Origin: Chrysochromulina tobinii
Taxonomy: Eukaryota
DNA length: 44,456 nt
Assembly (NCBI GenBank): GCA_001275005.1
Contig: JWZX01002158.1
Coordinates: forward strand, 1 to 44,456
Reading direction: 5' to 3'
A program made the position numbers and the translations under genes. This document shows positions 19,294-29,736 of this stretch, piece by piece (position 1 is the first letter of the stretch; each line of letters opens with the position of its first letter). Below the pieces are notes generated by a model. The model saw only the letters and a program-made list of their open reading frames with translations, had not been told where the DNA came from and made no database searches.

Positions 19294-22200
19294 TCAAAGC
19301 CTACTCAGTCGCTCTTCGATTGCGAGGGACTCGAGCCGCGCGCTTGCAAGCGCGCGCTGCAAACCCTCGAGCCCCACATGCTCCGCAGGTGCTTCGAGCT
19401 GCAAAGGCTGCTCCTCAGGCGCGGTGCCACCAGAGTCGGACGTGCGCCGCCACGCCTTGCTGGGCGCGCACGCGCCAAGCCCGAGCGCGGTGGCGATTTG
19501 CTCGCGGCGTGCGTCGCTGATGGCACTTCGCAAGGCATCTAGGCTCGCGTGGCGCGGCAAGGGCGCCTCCGCCTCCGCCTGCACCGCGATCGCCTGCTGC
19601 CTCACGTAGCGCCTCGCAGTGGCCTCAGCCGCAGCCTGCACCGCGGCCTGCACGTCTTGTGCGAGGGCCTCCGCCGTCGTCGTCGCGGGCATCGTGGGTT
19701 CCGGCGGCGGCGGCGGCACACGCGGCGTGAAGAGGTCCGTCCATCGGGCGGTGGGTGGCCCCGTCGGTACGGCAGGCGCGGTCGGCGCCGGAGACAGGAA
19801 GCGAGCGGTATTGTTCGCCGTCGTTGCCGCGGTCTCGGACGGTGGCGGTAGCAGCTGCAGCGGCGCGGGATGTGCGACGTCGCGTGCGGCGGCGTGCGGC
19901 CGGCGTATCGGCGGACTGTTCTCATCGGGCGGCTGGCGCAATCGATGGGCGGAGAGGAGTACGTCAGTGACATTCCCACTCGATGCGCTGGTGCCGCCCG
20001 TGCTTATGCCGGTCAGCGCCGCCCAGCCAACCGGCCCGGGCATCGGTGCGGAGGCGGAGGCGGAGGCCAGGCTGAGGGCCCTAAAAGGAGCTTGTAGCCT
20101 TTCCGCGTTGAGAGTGCCCATCACGGCGGCCCGCTGGCGCGCGCGCTTGGTAGCAAAGGCGATGCGCCGCTCGCGGCCAATTGCGAGGGCGACCAGCCAG
20201 CGGGTGTAGCAGAGCCGGAGGATGGCGAGGGCGTTGGTAGGGGCGGCCGCGAGGCGCTCGAGAGCGCTCGTGTGAGGCTTGGCGCCATGTACGAGCGTGT
20301 GCCCCAGGTAGCGACACACCTCAGCCGCCACGCTCGCCGCCTCGCGCTCAACCACACGTGTCATGAGCAACGCGAGGGCCGCCGCGGTCTCATAGCGCTG
20401 CCGAAGCTGCTCCTCCAGCCGCGCCTCCGCACCGACTTCGGCCGCAGCCGCCTCGGACGCCGCTTTGTACGCCTCTGGGGAGAGGCCGAAGCCGCTCACG
20501 AAGCTGGTGCCACAACCCGACGCCGTCGAGGCCGTCGCAGTGCACGCTGTCCTCGCAGACGTCGTCGGAAGGGGAGGCGGGGGCATGGATGCGGCGGCAG
20601 TAGAGGCGGCCGCAGTGGTGGCTGCGGTGGCGATAAAGCAACTCGTTGATGCGGCGCCTATCGGCAAGGGACGTGACGCATCGCGCGCGCTGTCGGGCGC
20701 GGCGCTGCCACCGTCGCGTCGGCACCCGCGCTTACCGCGGCCCCCGACAGCACCGTCGTCGTCGTCGTCGGTGGCGGCGCCAAGGGCGGACGCTGCACCA
20801 GGTGCGACCGGTGCATTGAATAAGGGCGTCGCACTGAAGAAGGCAGCGGCAGCGGCGGCGGCAGACGCGCTCGAGGCTGATCCAGTGGCCACCGCCGTGT
20901 CGGAGCTCGAGGCAGAAGCGGCGACGGCGCTGGCAGGCGGCAGCGGCGCCGGGGCGGCGGCCGGGGCGGCCGATGGAAGCTTCGGGGCATCGAACGGGGA
21001 GGAGGTTGCCACTGACGAGGCGGTGTGCGGCTTGGCAGTGCGCGTCAAGGGTTTGGCGCCAAAGGAATGGAGGCGGCACGCCGAGCGCAGCTTCGGTGTT
21101 GGCAGTGGCGGCGGCTAACACAGTCTTGGATACCTGGGGGGCGGGGACCAGGGCAGGAGGAGCGGCGCGCACGGAAACGGCGGGGCGGACGATGGGTCGC
21201 ACGACGGTGGCGGTGGTGGACACGGAGGCAGCGAGGGGGACGGTCTGCGACGTCAGCGCCTTACGTAGCGCTTCCGGCGTGTTTGGAGACATGAGAAGCT
21301 CGGCCATCGACCGGCCTGCACGCTTGGGCTCAATGATTGTGTGGGACTGGTACACTCGCAGGTTGAGGGCGTTCCCCTCGCTGTCGCACTGTTTTGAGAG
21401 CTCCGAGCCGTACTGAGGCGCGCGCAGTAGAACCGAGGCGCCGTCGGCGGTGACGACGAGTCCAAAGTGCTCGACCAGTCGGCGCGCCTCGTCATCGTCC
21501 TCGGCCTCGTCCTCGAGGCAAAGCATGCGCCTGAGCTTGGCGAGCGGCAGCGGCGTCTCCGAGCCCATTCGGAAGGCGCGGTTGATCGCATTGAGCGCAC
21601 GTTCGCGCACTGCGTCGAAGTGCTTGTGCATCAGGCACGCTGTCAGGTAGTCGGCCTGCTTGAGCTCGCGGAAGAAGCCGTTGAAATCGCCCGATTTGAT
21701 GGTACCCAGGATGCGCGCCACGCGCTTCATGCGCGGTGCGGCGAGCATGCGCGCTGGCAGAAAGGAGAGCCGCTCGAAGCCGTCCGCGGCCGATATGATC
21801 AAGTAGCTTTGGAACTCGTCCTCGTTCTCACACACCACGCCGAAGTCCTTGAGCAAGTCCTGGTACAGACCTATCAGGTTGCCGATGGCCTGCGTGTACA
21901 TATCCATGTTCATCTTCGAGTCGAACTTGGCCTCGTCGGTTGGCAGGTTGCGTAGCCCGAGTTCGCAGCAGCAATGCTCCACCATGATGTGGAAGCGCGT
22001 GCACACCTCCAGCAGGTCGACGGCGCACAGTTTCGCGTCGAGTGAGAAGGAGTCGAGCTGCATCGTCACCTCTTGGCGCACCTGGCGCAGCCGGTCTCTC
22101 ACGAAGGAAGCGCGTTTTATGAACGTCGGCGCGCTGGGGCGCTCCAGCACCACCGTCAAAAGGTGCTCGACAGATGCGGCGAGGGCGCCGATGCATCGAA

Positions 22201-24313
22201 TGTCGGTGGGCTTCCACGTGCGCGCGGCGTCGTTGCGGTGGAACATCGTGATCAACCATGGCTCGACTGCGTCGGTCGGTTCGATGGGAACTTCGAAGTC
22301 CTTGTTGGTGTTCTTGGATTCATGGAGCCGCTCTTGTACCTCAGCCTCTGGGCACATGACCTCGCACCGCCCCCAGCCGCCTCCGTCGGCAAAGTTGCGT
22401 GCCTTTTCGCCGTCGTCTGTTGAGGGGCCAAACTCGATCATGGACCACGAATACGGCGGGGGCGAGTACCACTCGTTGTGCATGAGCGTCTCCGTGAACG
22501 CGCGCGCGCGCGCCGCAGCGCCCTCTGCTAACATTGGCGGCGCGCTGGTGGCGGCTGGGCCCGTGGCGCCACGATCGAAGCGGCGCCTTCGCTTCTGGTC
22601 GGCTCCGCCGTTCGAGCCGGCTCCGTAGGGATCCTCTTCGGCGGCCGCTGTTGGGGCGGCCGGCGTGGCCGCCGGCGAAGGGCGCTTGAGCATCATAGAA
22701 CGCAACTCGCGCTCGCGCTCCGGGGCGGTTGCGGCGGGCGGCACCGACGAGACAAGGGCGGAGGCAGCGGCGGCCTGGGGCTGCGAGGCGAGGGCGCTTC
22801 TGACGAGGTGCTTGCTGCTCCGCAGCGCGGACGGGGCGTCGGCGCGGGCTGCTGAGGCGTTGGCCATCGACGCGAGTGTGGGCATCAATTCCGCCTCGCC
22901 CTCCTCGTCCTCCTCCTCGCCGCCCTCCTCCTCGCCCTCCTCCCCCTCCTCGCCCTCCTCGACATCCTCCCCCTCCTCGCCCCAGCCTTCCTCGCCCCAG
23001 CCTTCCTCGCCTTCCTCGCCGCCCTCCTCCTCACCCTCCTCCCCCTCCTCGCCATCCTCGCCATCCTCCCCCTCCTCGCCCCAGCCTTCCTCGCCCCAGC
23101 CTTCCTCGCCCTCCTCGCCCCACTCCTCCGCCTCGTCCTCGCCCTCGCGCTCCTCCTCGCCATCCTCGGCAACCTCTGTCGCCGCCGGGCTGAAGGCTGC
23201 TTGGGCGGCTGCGAGCGTCGGCGCCTTGAGCGCAGCCGGTCGGGCTGTGGCGCTCGCACCGCCGCCGCCGCCACTGCCGCCTAGCCTTGCATGGACACCC
23301 ACCCTCGCGCTCGAAGCGGACGCCGTCAGGGGCGCCGGGCCGAAGCGCACGGCACCCTCGGCGCTCGCGGCGCCTGTCAGGGCGACCGCCGTGCCGCCGC
23401 CTAGCCTCGAAACGACACCCACCTTCGCGCTCGAAGCGGACGCCGTCAGGGGCGCCGGGCCGAAGCGCACGGCACCCTCGGCGCTCGCGGCGCCTGTCAG
23501 GGCGACCGCCGTGTCGCCGCCGATGGCCGCCAAAGCGCCACCGCTCGCGGCGGCGGCCGAGGCGCGCTGCTGAGCTGCCAGCGCCGTGGCGCTCACCGCA
23601 CCGGAGCTCGCCGCGGCGTCGCGTCCGCTCGCCATGCCGCCAAACGGGCCACAGGAGATGTCGACGACCGCTCCTCCTCCGCCGAAGCTCATACTGTCGT
23701 CGTCTACTGGTGCGCCGCCTTCGCCTTCAGTGTGCAGGAACTGGCACGCTTCGCCTTGATTGCAGCGACCCTGCAGGAAGTACTTGCACACCACACTCCC
23801 CTTGCCGCCCTTGCCGCCGCCCTTTCCGCCCTTGCCGCCGCCTTTGCCGCCGCCCTTTCCGCCTTTGCCGCCGCCCTTGCCGCCCTTGCCTCCACCCTTG
23901 CCGCCCCAGCTCTCATCGCCGCCGCCATCCCCCATCTCGACTTCCCGGGTGTCACTGCCGGCGGCGTCCCAGCCCTCGCCGGCGCCGCCCTCCCTGCCCT
24001 CGCCGCCGCCTGCGCCACCATCCCAACTGGGCCAGGAGCCGCGGCCGCGGCCACGGCCCTTTCCAGCTCCTTTGGCGGCTTTGCCTCCTCGACTGGCCGC
24101 AACTCCTGCGCCACGACCCCTACCGCCCTTGCCAGCCATAGCTGCAGCTGGAGGTGAGCCGAATGCTGGCGCGCCAGAGCCCGCCGTTGCGCCGCGCCCG
24201 CCGCCGCTGGTGAAACCCCCCGCGCCGAAGCCTAAGCCGAGCACGTGAGAGATCATGCGTTTCGCTACGGCGGCGCGGGGCGCGGTGGCCGTGCTACGGA
24301 TGAGGTCGTCCAT
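19294..24313 (-). CDS. SAC3: SAC3/GANP-domain protein (TREX-2 scaffold-like) with CCCH zinc finger, GGKGG and acidic WG repeats; frames join near 21031-21133
   Basis: SAC3_GANP start GRCEVMCPEAEVQER, plus FVRDRLRQVRQEVTMQ, LEVCTRFHI, CENEDEFQSYLII and YLTACLMHKHFDAVRERALNAI. CCCH finger CKYFLQGRCNQGEACQFLH. ORF 20732..24313 switches to the Ala-rich/helical ORF 19294..21048 by an intron starting at CAG|GTATCC (21133) or by a 1-nt indel. Confidence 0.8.
22895..23165. repeat. Acidic Glu/Gly/Trp repeat with about 99-bp internal duplication
   Basis: cccagccttcctcgccccagccttcctcgcc occurs at 22981 and 23080; encodes EEGWGEEGWGEEGED twice. Confidence 0.85.
23276..23520. repeat. 120-bp tandem duplication within the SAC3 gene
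   Basis: TAVALTGAASAEGAVRFGPAPLTASASSA(K/R)VGV..RLGG twice; positions 23281-23400 and 23401-23520 are nearly identical. Confidence 0.95.
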
Positions 24314-25053
24314 AGTCGGGAACAGCGCCCACCGCTCGCGCAGAGAGGCTCTCCTCGCAACTTTCTCCTCTGTGAACGTTAATTAACACGACGAGAAGTG
24401 TGTGAACGTAAACTCATTCCCAACCTCCGCCTCCGGCCTACTTCGTCCGCGCGAGTTGCCATCCGCCCTCGGGGTGTGTGGGGGATTATGCCTCACAGCA
24501 TCATGGATCATGCATTCAGGTCCGTGTTAGCAGCCACGGTGCAAGGCACACCAGCCCACAAATTTTCGGGTTTTCATCCAGTACACATTTGCGGCGTCAT
24601 TGTACGGGCAGATGTTGGGATCGTCGACCGAATTGTTGGTGGCGAAGGGGCTTGCGTGCCGGCTGAGCGTGCGGTCGCAGCTTTGAGGCGGTACTCGATC
24701 TCGCGCAGCAACCCCAACACGATGCCCTCTGGATTGCGATCGGAGTCGAGATACGCACGAAACGCGGCGCGCACGTTCGGCGGATGGCCTCGAGCTCGGC
24801 GCCGTGCGAGTGCCAACGGAGAAGCCATTCCATGGTCCCAAGATCCATGGTCGCGACGCATGGGCGCATGGCACAACCGACTGCCCGGCCTCGGGCCAAG
24901 CCAGAGCGATACCGCCTGCCTCAGAGGTGCTGGGTCCGGGTTCTGGGCATTTTTAGGCCCATCATGACGCATCGGATCATGCACGTTTTCTTTGACACGT
25001 GACGTGACAGTCCCCCCACCTTCTAACCCCCCTCGCGCAGCGTGATTCGTGCT

Positions 25054-25944
25054 TCATGACTCATTTGGCGGTGCTCCTTGCGCAACAGCGCCCGCCTCAA
25101 CGGGCGTGGTCGCGAGCACCTTGTGCTCCCACAGCTTGAGCTGCCGCACGAAGCCCGGGTTGGGGCGCACATTGTGCCGCTTGGCGCGTACGAGGGCGAT
25201 GGCGTCGACGGCACGCATGCGAAACTTCCACACGAGGTAGGCGACGGCGGTGCTGGGCGCGCGCGAGATGCCCGCGCCGCAATGCACGAAGACCACGCCA
25301 CCCCCACTGCGGGCCTGCTCGATGAACTGCGTCATCTCCTCAAAGTGGCTCGCGAGCACCTCGGCCGCCTCCTCAGTGTCATCAACACGCTTGTAGAGGT
25401 GGGACTGGATGAAGGAGGGCAGCCGGCGACCCTGGTCGGCCGAGTGCACCGAGAGCACGTGGGTCACCTTGCGCGAGCGCAGCGCCTCGCACTCGTTATT
25501 GAGCGCTGCCCAGCCGCCCACCCACAGCCGCGGCATCACCTCGTGCAGCAACTGCAACTTGTTGCGACCGTCGGCATCGTCCGACGAGTCGAGCCGCGCG
25601 AGGGCGTCAGCCTGACCTGCGGCCCTGAAGGCGCCGCCCAGCGCAGCGCGAGCCGCATCCACCTCCGCCGCCGGTCGTGCGTTTGTTGCCACCTGCAGCA
25701 TGGTCGTCGTCGCGGCCTGCGCAGCGGCGGCCTGCGAAGCGTCCGTCAAGCAGCCTCTGTCGAGCAGTTCCTGCGCAGCGATGGCCATTCGTAGCGCGCC
25801 CTGATTAACGCCGCCCGCCGCACCCAGGATGGCCGCCGACTTGGCCTTCTCCTCCTTGATGGCCGCAGCGGACTTGCGCCATGGTCGGTCCTGTTTTCCT
25901 GCGCCTGGCTTGGGCGGGGGCTTTTTGCTGCCGCTTCCGCCCAT
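25054..25944 (-). CDS. Dual-specificity protein phosphatase (atypical DUSP), probably N-myristoylated
   Basis: HEVMPRLWVGG..VTHVLSV..VDD..FIEQAR..VFVHCGAGISRAPSTAVAYLV..VRPNPGFVRQL, containing the HCxxGxxR P-loop. The ATG at 25944 gives MGGSGSKK. Confidence 0.92.
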   Translation of the reverse strand: MGGSGSKKPPPKPGAGKQDRPWRKSAAAIKEEKAKSAAILGAAGGVNQGALRMAIAAQELLDRGCLTDASQAAAAQAATTTMLQVATNARPAAEVDAARAALGGAFRAAGQADALARLDSSDDADGRNKLQLLHEVMPRLWVGGWAALNNECEALRSRKVTHVLSVHSADQGRRLPSFIQSHLYKRVDDTEEAAEVLASHFEEMTQFIEQARSGGGVVFVHCGAGISRAPSTAVAYLVWKFRMRAVDAIALVRAKRHNVRPNPGFVRQLKLWEHKVLATTPVEAGAVAQGAPPNES

Positions 25945-26642
25945 GTCAAATTCCAAAACGACGCCACCGCCGTGATCACTGATCGGAACCCGGGGTAGCA
26001 CAAGGTGCACCTCGTTGCGCGCATCGACCAGCCGCGGCGGTGTGCCGTTGAATGTGCAGCTGGGCGGCATGGGGCGGGGAGAGGTGTGCACGAGAGAAGC
26101 AGCACGACCTTTTCACTGTGAGTACCCGGTAAAAAGACACCGTTTCCCGGGGGGAGTCAGACACAGACACCGGTAATTTCCTTACTCGCAAGATTCCGGT
26201 TCACAACAGTTTCACACAGAGCTGTGATGCCGAAGGCTATGTGCAACCAAAGGCGTTGCGGTCCGTTGTGAATGTTGCGTCAACATTCGGTCCTGCTATT
26301 TCGGACACCCGCCCCCCCTTCGGACAAGGTAGAACATGTAAACCACGGTCACGGTCATCACATGTAAGAATAGTCATGCGAATGCAGCCGCCTCCCGGCC
26401 TGCGCCTCGCCGTCGCCGGGGTCGAGGGTCGTGCGTATTCGGTATTGGGTCGTTGTACGTTGACGATGCGAAAGCGCAAAAGCGCATAAATTTCGCCCGC
26501 GCGCCGGCGGACGCGCGGCGTCAGTGAGTACTCAGTACTTAATGTCGAGGTCGAGCCTCGAGCGTCAGCGTGAGGGACATGGTGACACATGAGGGTGCCG
26601 TGACCAAGACGGTCGCCCTCTCCAAGACCCTATACGGTACCG

Positions 26643-29321
26643 CTATGCCGCCGGCTCCGCCGCCGCTGGTTCCGCGGCATGTTCCGCGGTCTCCTCGCAC
26701 ATCTCTGGCGCCGTCACCTCCGGTGCGGGCGCCTCCCAAGCTACCTCTGGCTGAGGCTCTGCCGATCGTGAGAGTGCTTCTTCCGAAGGGGCCTCTGCGG
26801 CAGGTGCAGCTGCCGCCCCCGCGACGCAGGCCGATTTGGCGCGCAAGACGCCCCGCGCTGTCGACGTCGCCTCCTCGGCGGGTGCGAGGGCCGGCCGAGC
26901 TTGCTGGTTCAGCAGTAGGCGCAGCGGCGGTCGCGAGCTGTGGGGAGCTTCCGACGCGCCTCCCTCCGCCTGCGCCTCCACCGCCGGCTGCCCCGCTGCC
27001 TCCGCCCCCTCCGCCGCGCCACCCCCCTGCGCAAGATTGAGCAGCGCCTCAGTATCCTCCGGCCCAATGGCGGGCCCGCCGAGCCAGAGCTGCTCGAGGG
27101 GGGCGCCGTGGCGGCGCGCAGCCTCCACGAGTGCGGATGCGCCAGATGGTCTGAGCAACGAGCCGTGATCGAGCCACAGCTTGCACAGCGATGATCGCGG
27201 ATGCCCCGCCGCCGCCGCGCCGCCCCGTCCGCTCGCCAGCGCGGCTGCCTCGTCCGCCTCTGAACGGTCAAAGAGCGCGCCCGCGATCACGGCAGCGCCC
27301 GCGTCGGTGAGCGCACTGCCGCCCATCCAAAGCTCCGCAATCGGGCACTCGGGGGTCACAATCGCCGCGGCGAGGCCCGAGGCGGACCTGTCGTCGAGCC
27401 CCGTGTTCTCCAGCCGCAATTGGCGCATGCTCCGGCTGCAGCACAGCGCATCAGCCACCGCCGCGGCGCCCGACGCACCGAGCGTGTTGCCGCCGAGCCA
27501 CAGGCTTGTCAGCCCGCACCGCGGCGAGCGCAGCGCTTGGGCAAGCGCCGCCGCCGCATTCGTGCCAAGCTCATTGCTCTGCAGCTGCAACGAGCGCAGC
27601 GGCAGCCAAGCTGCACCCTCGTCGCTCGATGCCGCCGGCGCGTCGTCCGTCGACTGAAGGCCCCCGATCGCCTCGGCAATCGCCACGCCGCCTGCCTCGC
27701 CCACCTCACTGAAGCCGAGATGGAGGGTGTGAAGCTTGCAGCCGGGCGAGCGCAGCGCACGTGCGAGCGCCACCCCGCCCCCGTCGCCGAGGTTGTTGCC
27801 CCCCAGCTTGAGCTCGAGCAGCCCCGACAGCTTGCCGCCCTCGCCGAGCGCGTTCGCGAGCGCGGCCGCCGAGGGCGCACCGAGGCCGTTGTTGGCAAGC
27901 CCAAGGGCGTCGAGCGTCGCGCCCACTTCTGGGGAGAGGGTGTGCAGCAGGCTCGCGACGCCCGTGTCGGAGAGCATGTTGCCGGAGAGGACGAGGCGAC
28001 GCACGGGGCGTGCCGTCGTCCCACGAGCGCTAGATAGGAGCGCGCCGAGCATTGCGCCACCCTCGGAGGTAATCTCATTATCATGCAGCCAGAGAGTGCC
28101 GGGTGCCTTGGCAGCCATCGCCGCGGAGAGATCGCCTGCCGCCTCAAGCATGGTGCTCGTCAAGTCGCGCCGCGACCAGTCCAGCACCGGCAGGGTGCTC
28201 GCCGCCGCGCCACCGCCAGCGCTGCCGCCCGTGGAGGCGCGTTTTGTTCGGGAGGCGGCGGTGGCGGCGGCGGCGGCGGCGGCGGAGGCGGCGCATGTGG
28301 AGCGTCGTGGCGGCACGCCGTTCGTGGAGGCCCACGGATGCGACTGCGCCCACGTCATGCCGGCACGTTGCTCGGGATGTGCGTACGGTGGCGGCGGCGG
28401 GCGGGCGGCGGACGGGCTTGCGAGGTGTGGCGAGGGGCGGTTGGGGGATGGCTGTGCGGCGGCCGCGGGCGGTTCCGGCGAGCTTGTCGCTTCAACGGCC
28501 GCCGTGTCTGCTTCGTCGGCCGCCGCGGCCATCTCGGCAGCCGCCTCGGCAGCGGCTGCTCGTTGAGAAGCGATGCAGGCCGCAAAGGCAGCCGCGTCAG
28601 CGGAGCGCCATGCCGCCTCCGCCGCCTCCGCCGCCTCCGCCGCCGCCGCCGCCGCCTCCGACTCCGCCTCGGCCGCCTCGGCCGCCGCCGCCACCCCCAT
28701 GCCCACCGTCGCATCGGCCGCGGCCGAGCCGGCGGCCGCGGCCGCAGTGGCAGAGTTAGTCGCCCCCGTGCGTGCCTCCGTGGCTATCTTGGCCGCCCGC
28801 ACCGATGCCTCCGACGCTGGAGACGACTCCGCAACCGGGTGCCCGTCGATCGCCTCGGCCGCGGCCGCGGCGTCGGCCGCGCTCGCCGCCGCCATCTCGG
28901 CCGCCCCTTTGGCCATCGCCGCCTCGGCTGCGGCCTGTTTGGACGCTGCGCTCGCCAAGACGACTTCCGAGAGTGCCTCCTCCGCCTCCGCGCTCGCCTC
29001 AGGATCGTACGCCGCTTCCGCCGCCGCCGCCGCCGCCGCCGCCGCCTCCACTCTCTGCGCCTCCGCCCGGCCGGCCGCCAACGTCGCTGCCTCTGCAGCA
29101 GCGGCGGCGGTCAGTGCGGCCGCAGATGCAGCCGCTACGGCAGCGCTCGTCTCCTTGCCTTCCCCGGCCGCTCGCCCATTACTCTTACCATTGCTCAGGG
29201 CCGCGTGCGTCTTGCGGATGGCTCCCTCGGTCTGCGTGGCTGCACCCGCCGCTTTCGCCTCCGCATATTCTGCAGCCTCCGCCGCGAGGTCATCGGTGGT
29301 GAGCCCAAGGCCATCACCCAT
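26643..29321 (-). CDS. RNI-like leucine-rich repeat protein (NLRC3/RanGAP-type LRRs) with Ala/Glu-rich helical N-terminus
   Basis: Repeated LxxLxLxxNxL/IxxxGxxxL units (TLWLHDNEITSEGG, RLVLSGNMLSDTG, ELKLGGNNLGDGG, SLQLQSNELGT, SLWLGGNTLGASG). Confidence 0.88.
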   Translation of the reverse strand: MGDGLGLTTDDLAAEAAEYAEAKAAGAATQTEGAIRKTHAALSNGKSNGRAAGEGKETSAAVAAASAAALTAAAAAEAATLAAGRAEAQRVEAAAAAAAAAEAAYDPEASAEAEEALSEVVLASAASKQAAAEAAMAKGAAEMAAASAADAAAAAEAIDGHPVAESSPASEASVRAAKIATEARTGATNSATAAAAAGSAAADATVGMGVAAAAEAAEAESEAAAAAAEAAEAAEAAWRSADAAAFAACIASQRAAAAEAAAEMAAAADEADTAAVEATSSPEPPAAAAQPSPNRPSPHLASPSAARPPPPPYAHPEQRAGMTWAQSHPWASTNGVPPRRSTCAASAAAAAAATAASRTKRASTGGSAGGGAAASTLPVLDWSRRDLTSTMLEAAGDLSAAMAAKAPGTLWLHDNEITSEGGAMLGALLSSARGTTARPVRRLVLSGNMLSDTGVASLLHTLSPEVGATLDALGLANNGLGAPSAAALANALGEGGKLSGLLELKLGGNNLGDGGGVALARALRSPGCKLHTLHLGFSEVGEAGGVAIAEAIGGLQSTDDAPAASSDEGAAWLPLRSLQLQSNELGTNAAAALAQALRSPRCGLTSLWLGGNTLGASGAAAVADALCCSRSMRQLRLENTGLDDRSASGLAAAIVTPECPIAELWMGGSALTDAGAAVIAGALFDRSEADEAAALASGRGGAAAAGHPRSSLCKLWLDHGSLLRPSGASALVEAARRHGAPLEQLWLGGPAIGPEDTEALLNLAQGGGAAEGAEAAGQPAVEAQAEGGASEAPHSSRPPLRLLLNQQARPALAPAEEATSTARGVLRAKSACVAGAAAAPAAEAPSEEALSRSAEPQPEVAWEAPAPEVTAPEMCEETAEHAAEPAAAEPAA

Positions 29322-29736
29322 CCCGCGACGGTTGCTCTTCCCTCAAGGCGAGCACGTGAAATCTGAAGCAGTTCACACCTAAAAAAGTCAGTCAGAAATG
29401 TGGTGCAAACCCAAATCCGAAGGGCATGCTGAAGGGTCGATCCGGCAGGCACCACAGCGCTAGACCTGAGCACACGATCACACGATCGCAGACTCTATCG
29501 ATACCCATAGTTACCGTACTAATACACCGTTGGTACTTCTACTTGTTAACTTGACACCGGTGTGCACTGTTGCTTGAGCAGAATCCTCTGGGACTGCCGA
29601 CTGGGTCGGAAGCGAAGCTCAGGGAGCCATGCTCCTTGCTCGGAACTCTACCTCTCTCCAAGATGCAGGAACAGTCCTGTATGTACTCATAATGAAGCGT
29701 CGGTAGGTCGTCTGATCTCTCTCTTTCCCTACTCGC

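Noticed and set aside
25019..25032. Telomere-like CTAACCC
   Set aside because: Single copy, not a tandem array.
25945..26091. N-terminal extension of the DUSP ORF
   Set aside because: Begins at a non-ATG codon; the ATG at 25944 gives a coherent myristoylation start.
26260..26545. Short palindromes GAATGTTG-cgt-CAACATTC and TGAGTACTCA
   Set aside because: Isolated, with no TIR/TSD or RNA box motifs to support a feature.
27736..29382. Long antisense ORFs over the LRR gene (and similar ones over the HECT, KEA and SAC3 genes)
   Set aside because: Explained by high GC3 codon bias suppressing antisense stops; low-complexity translations.
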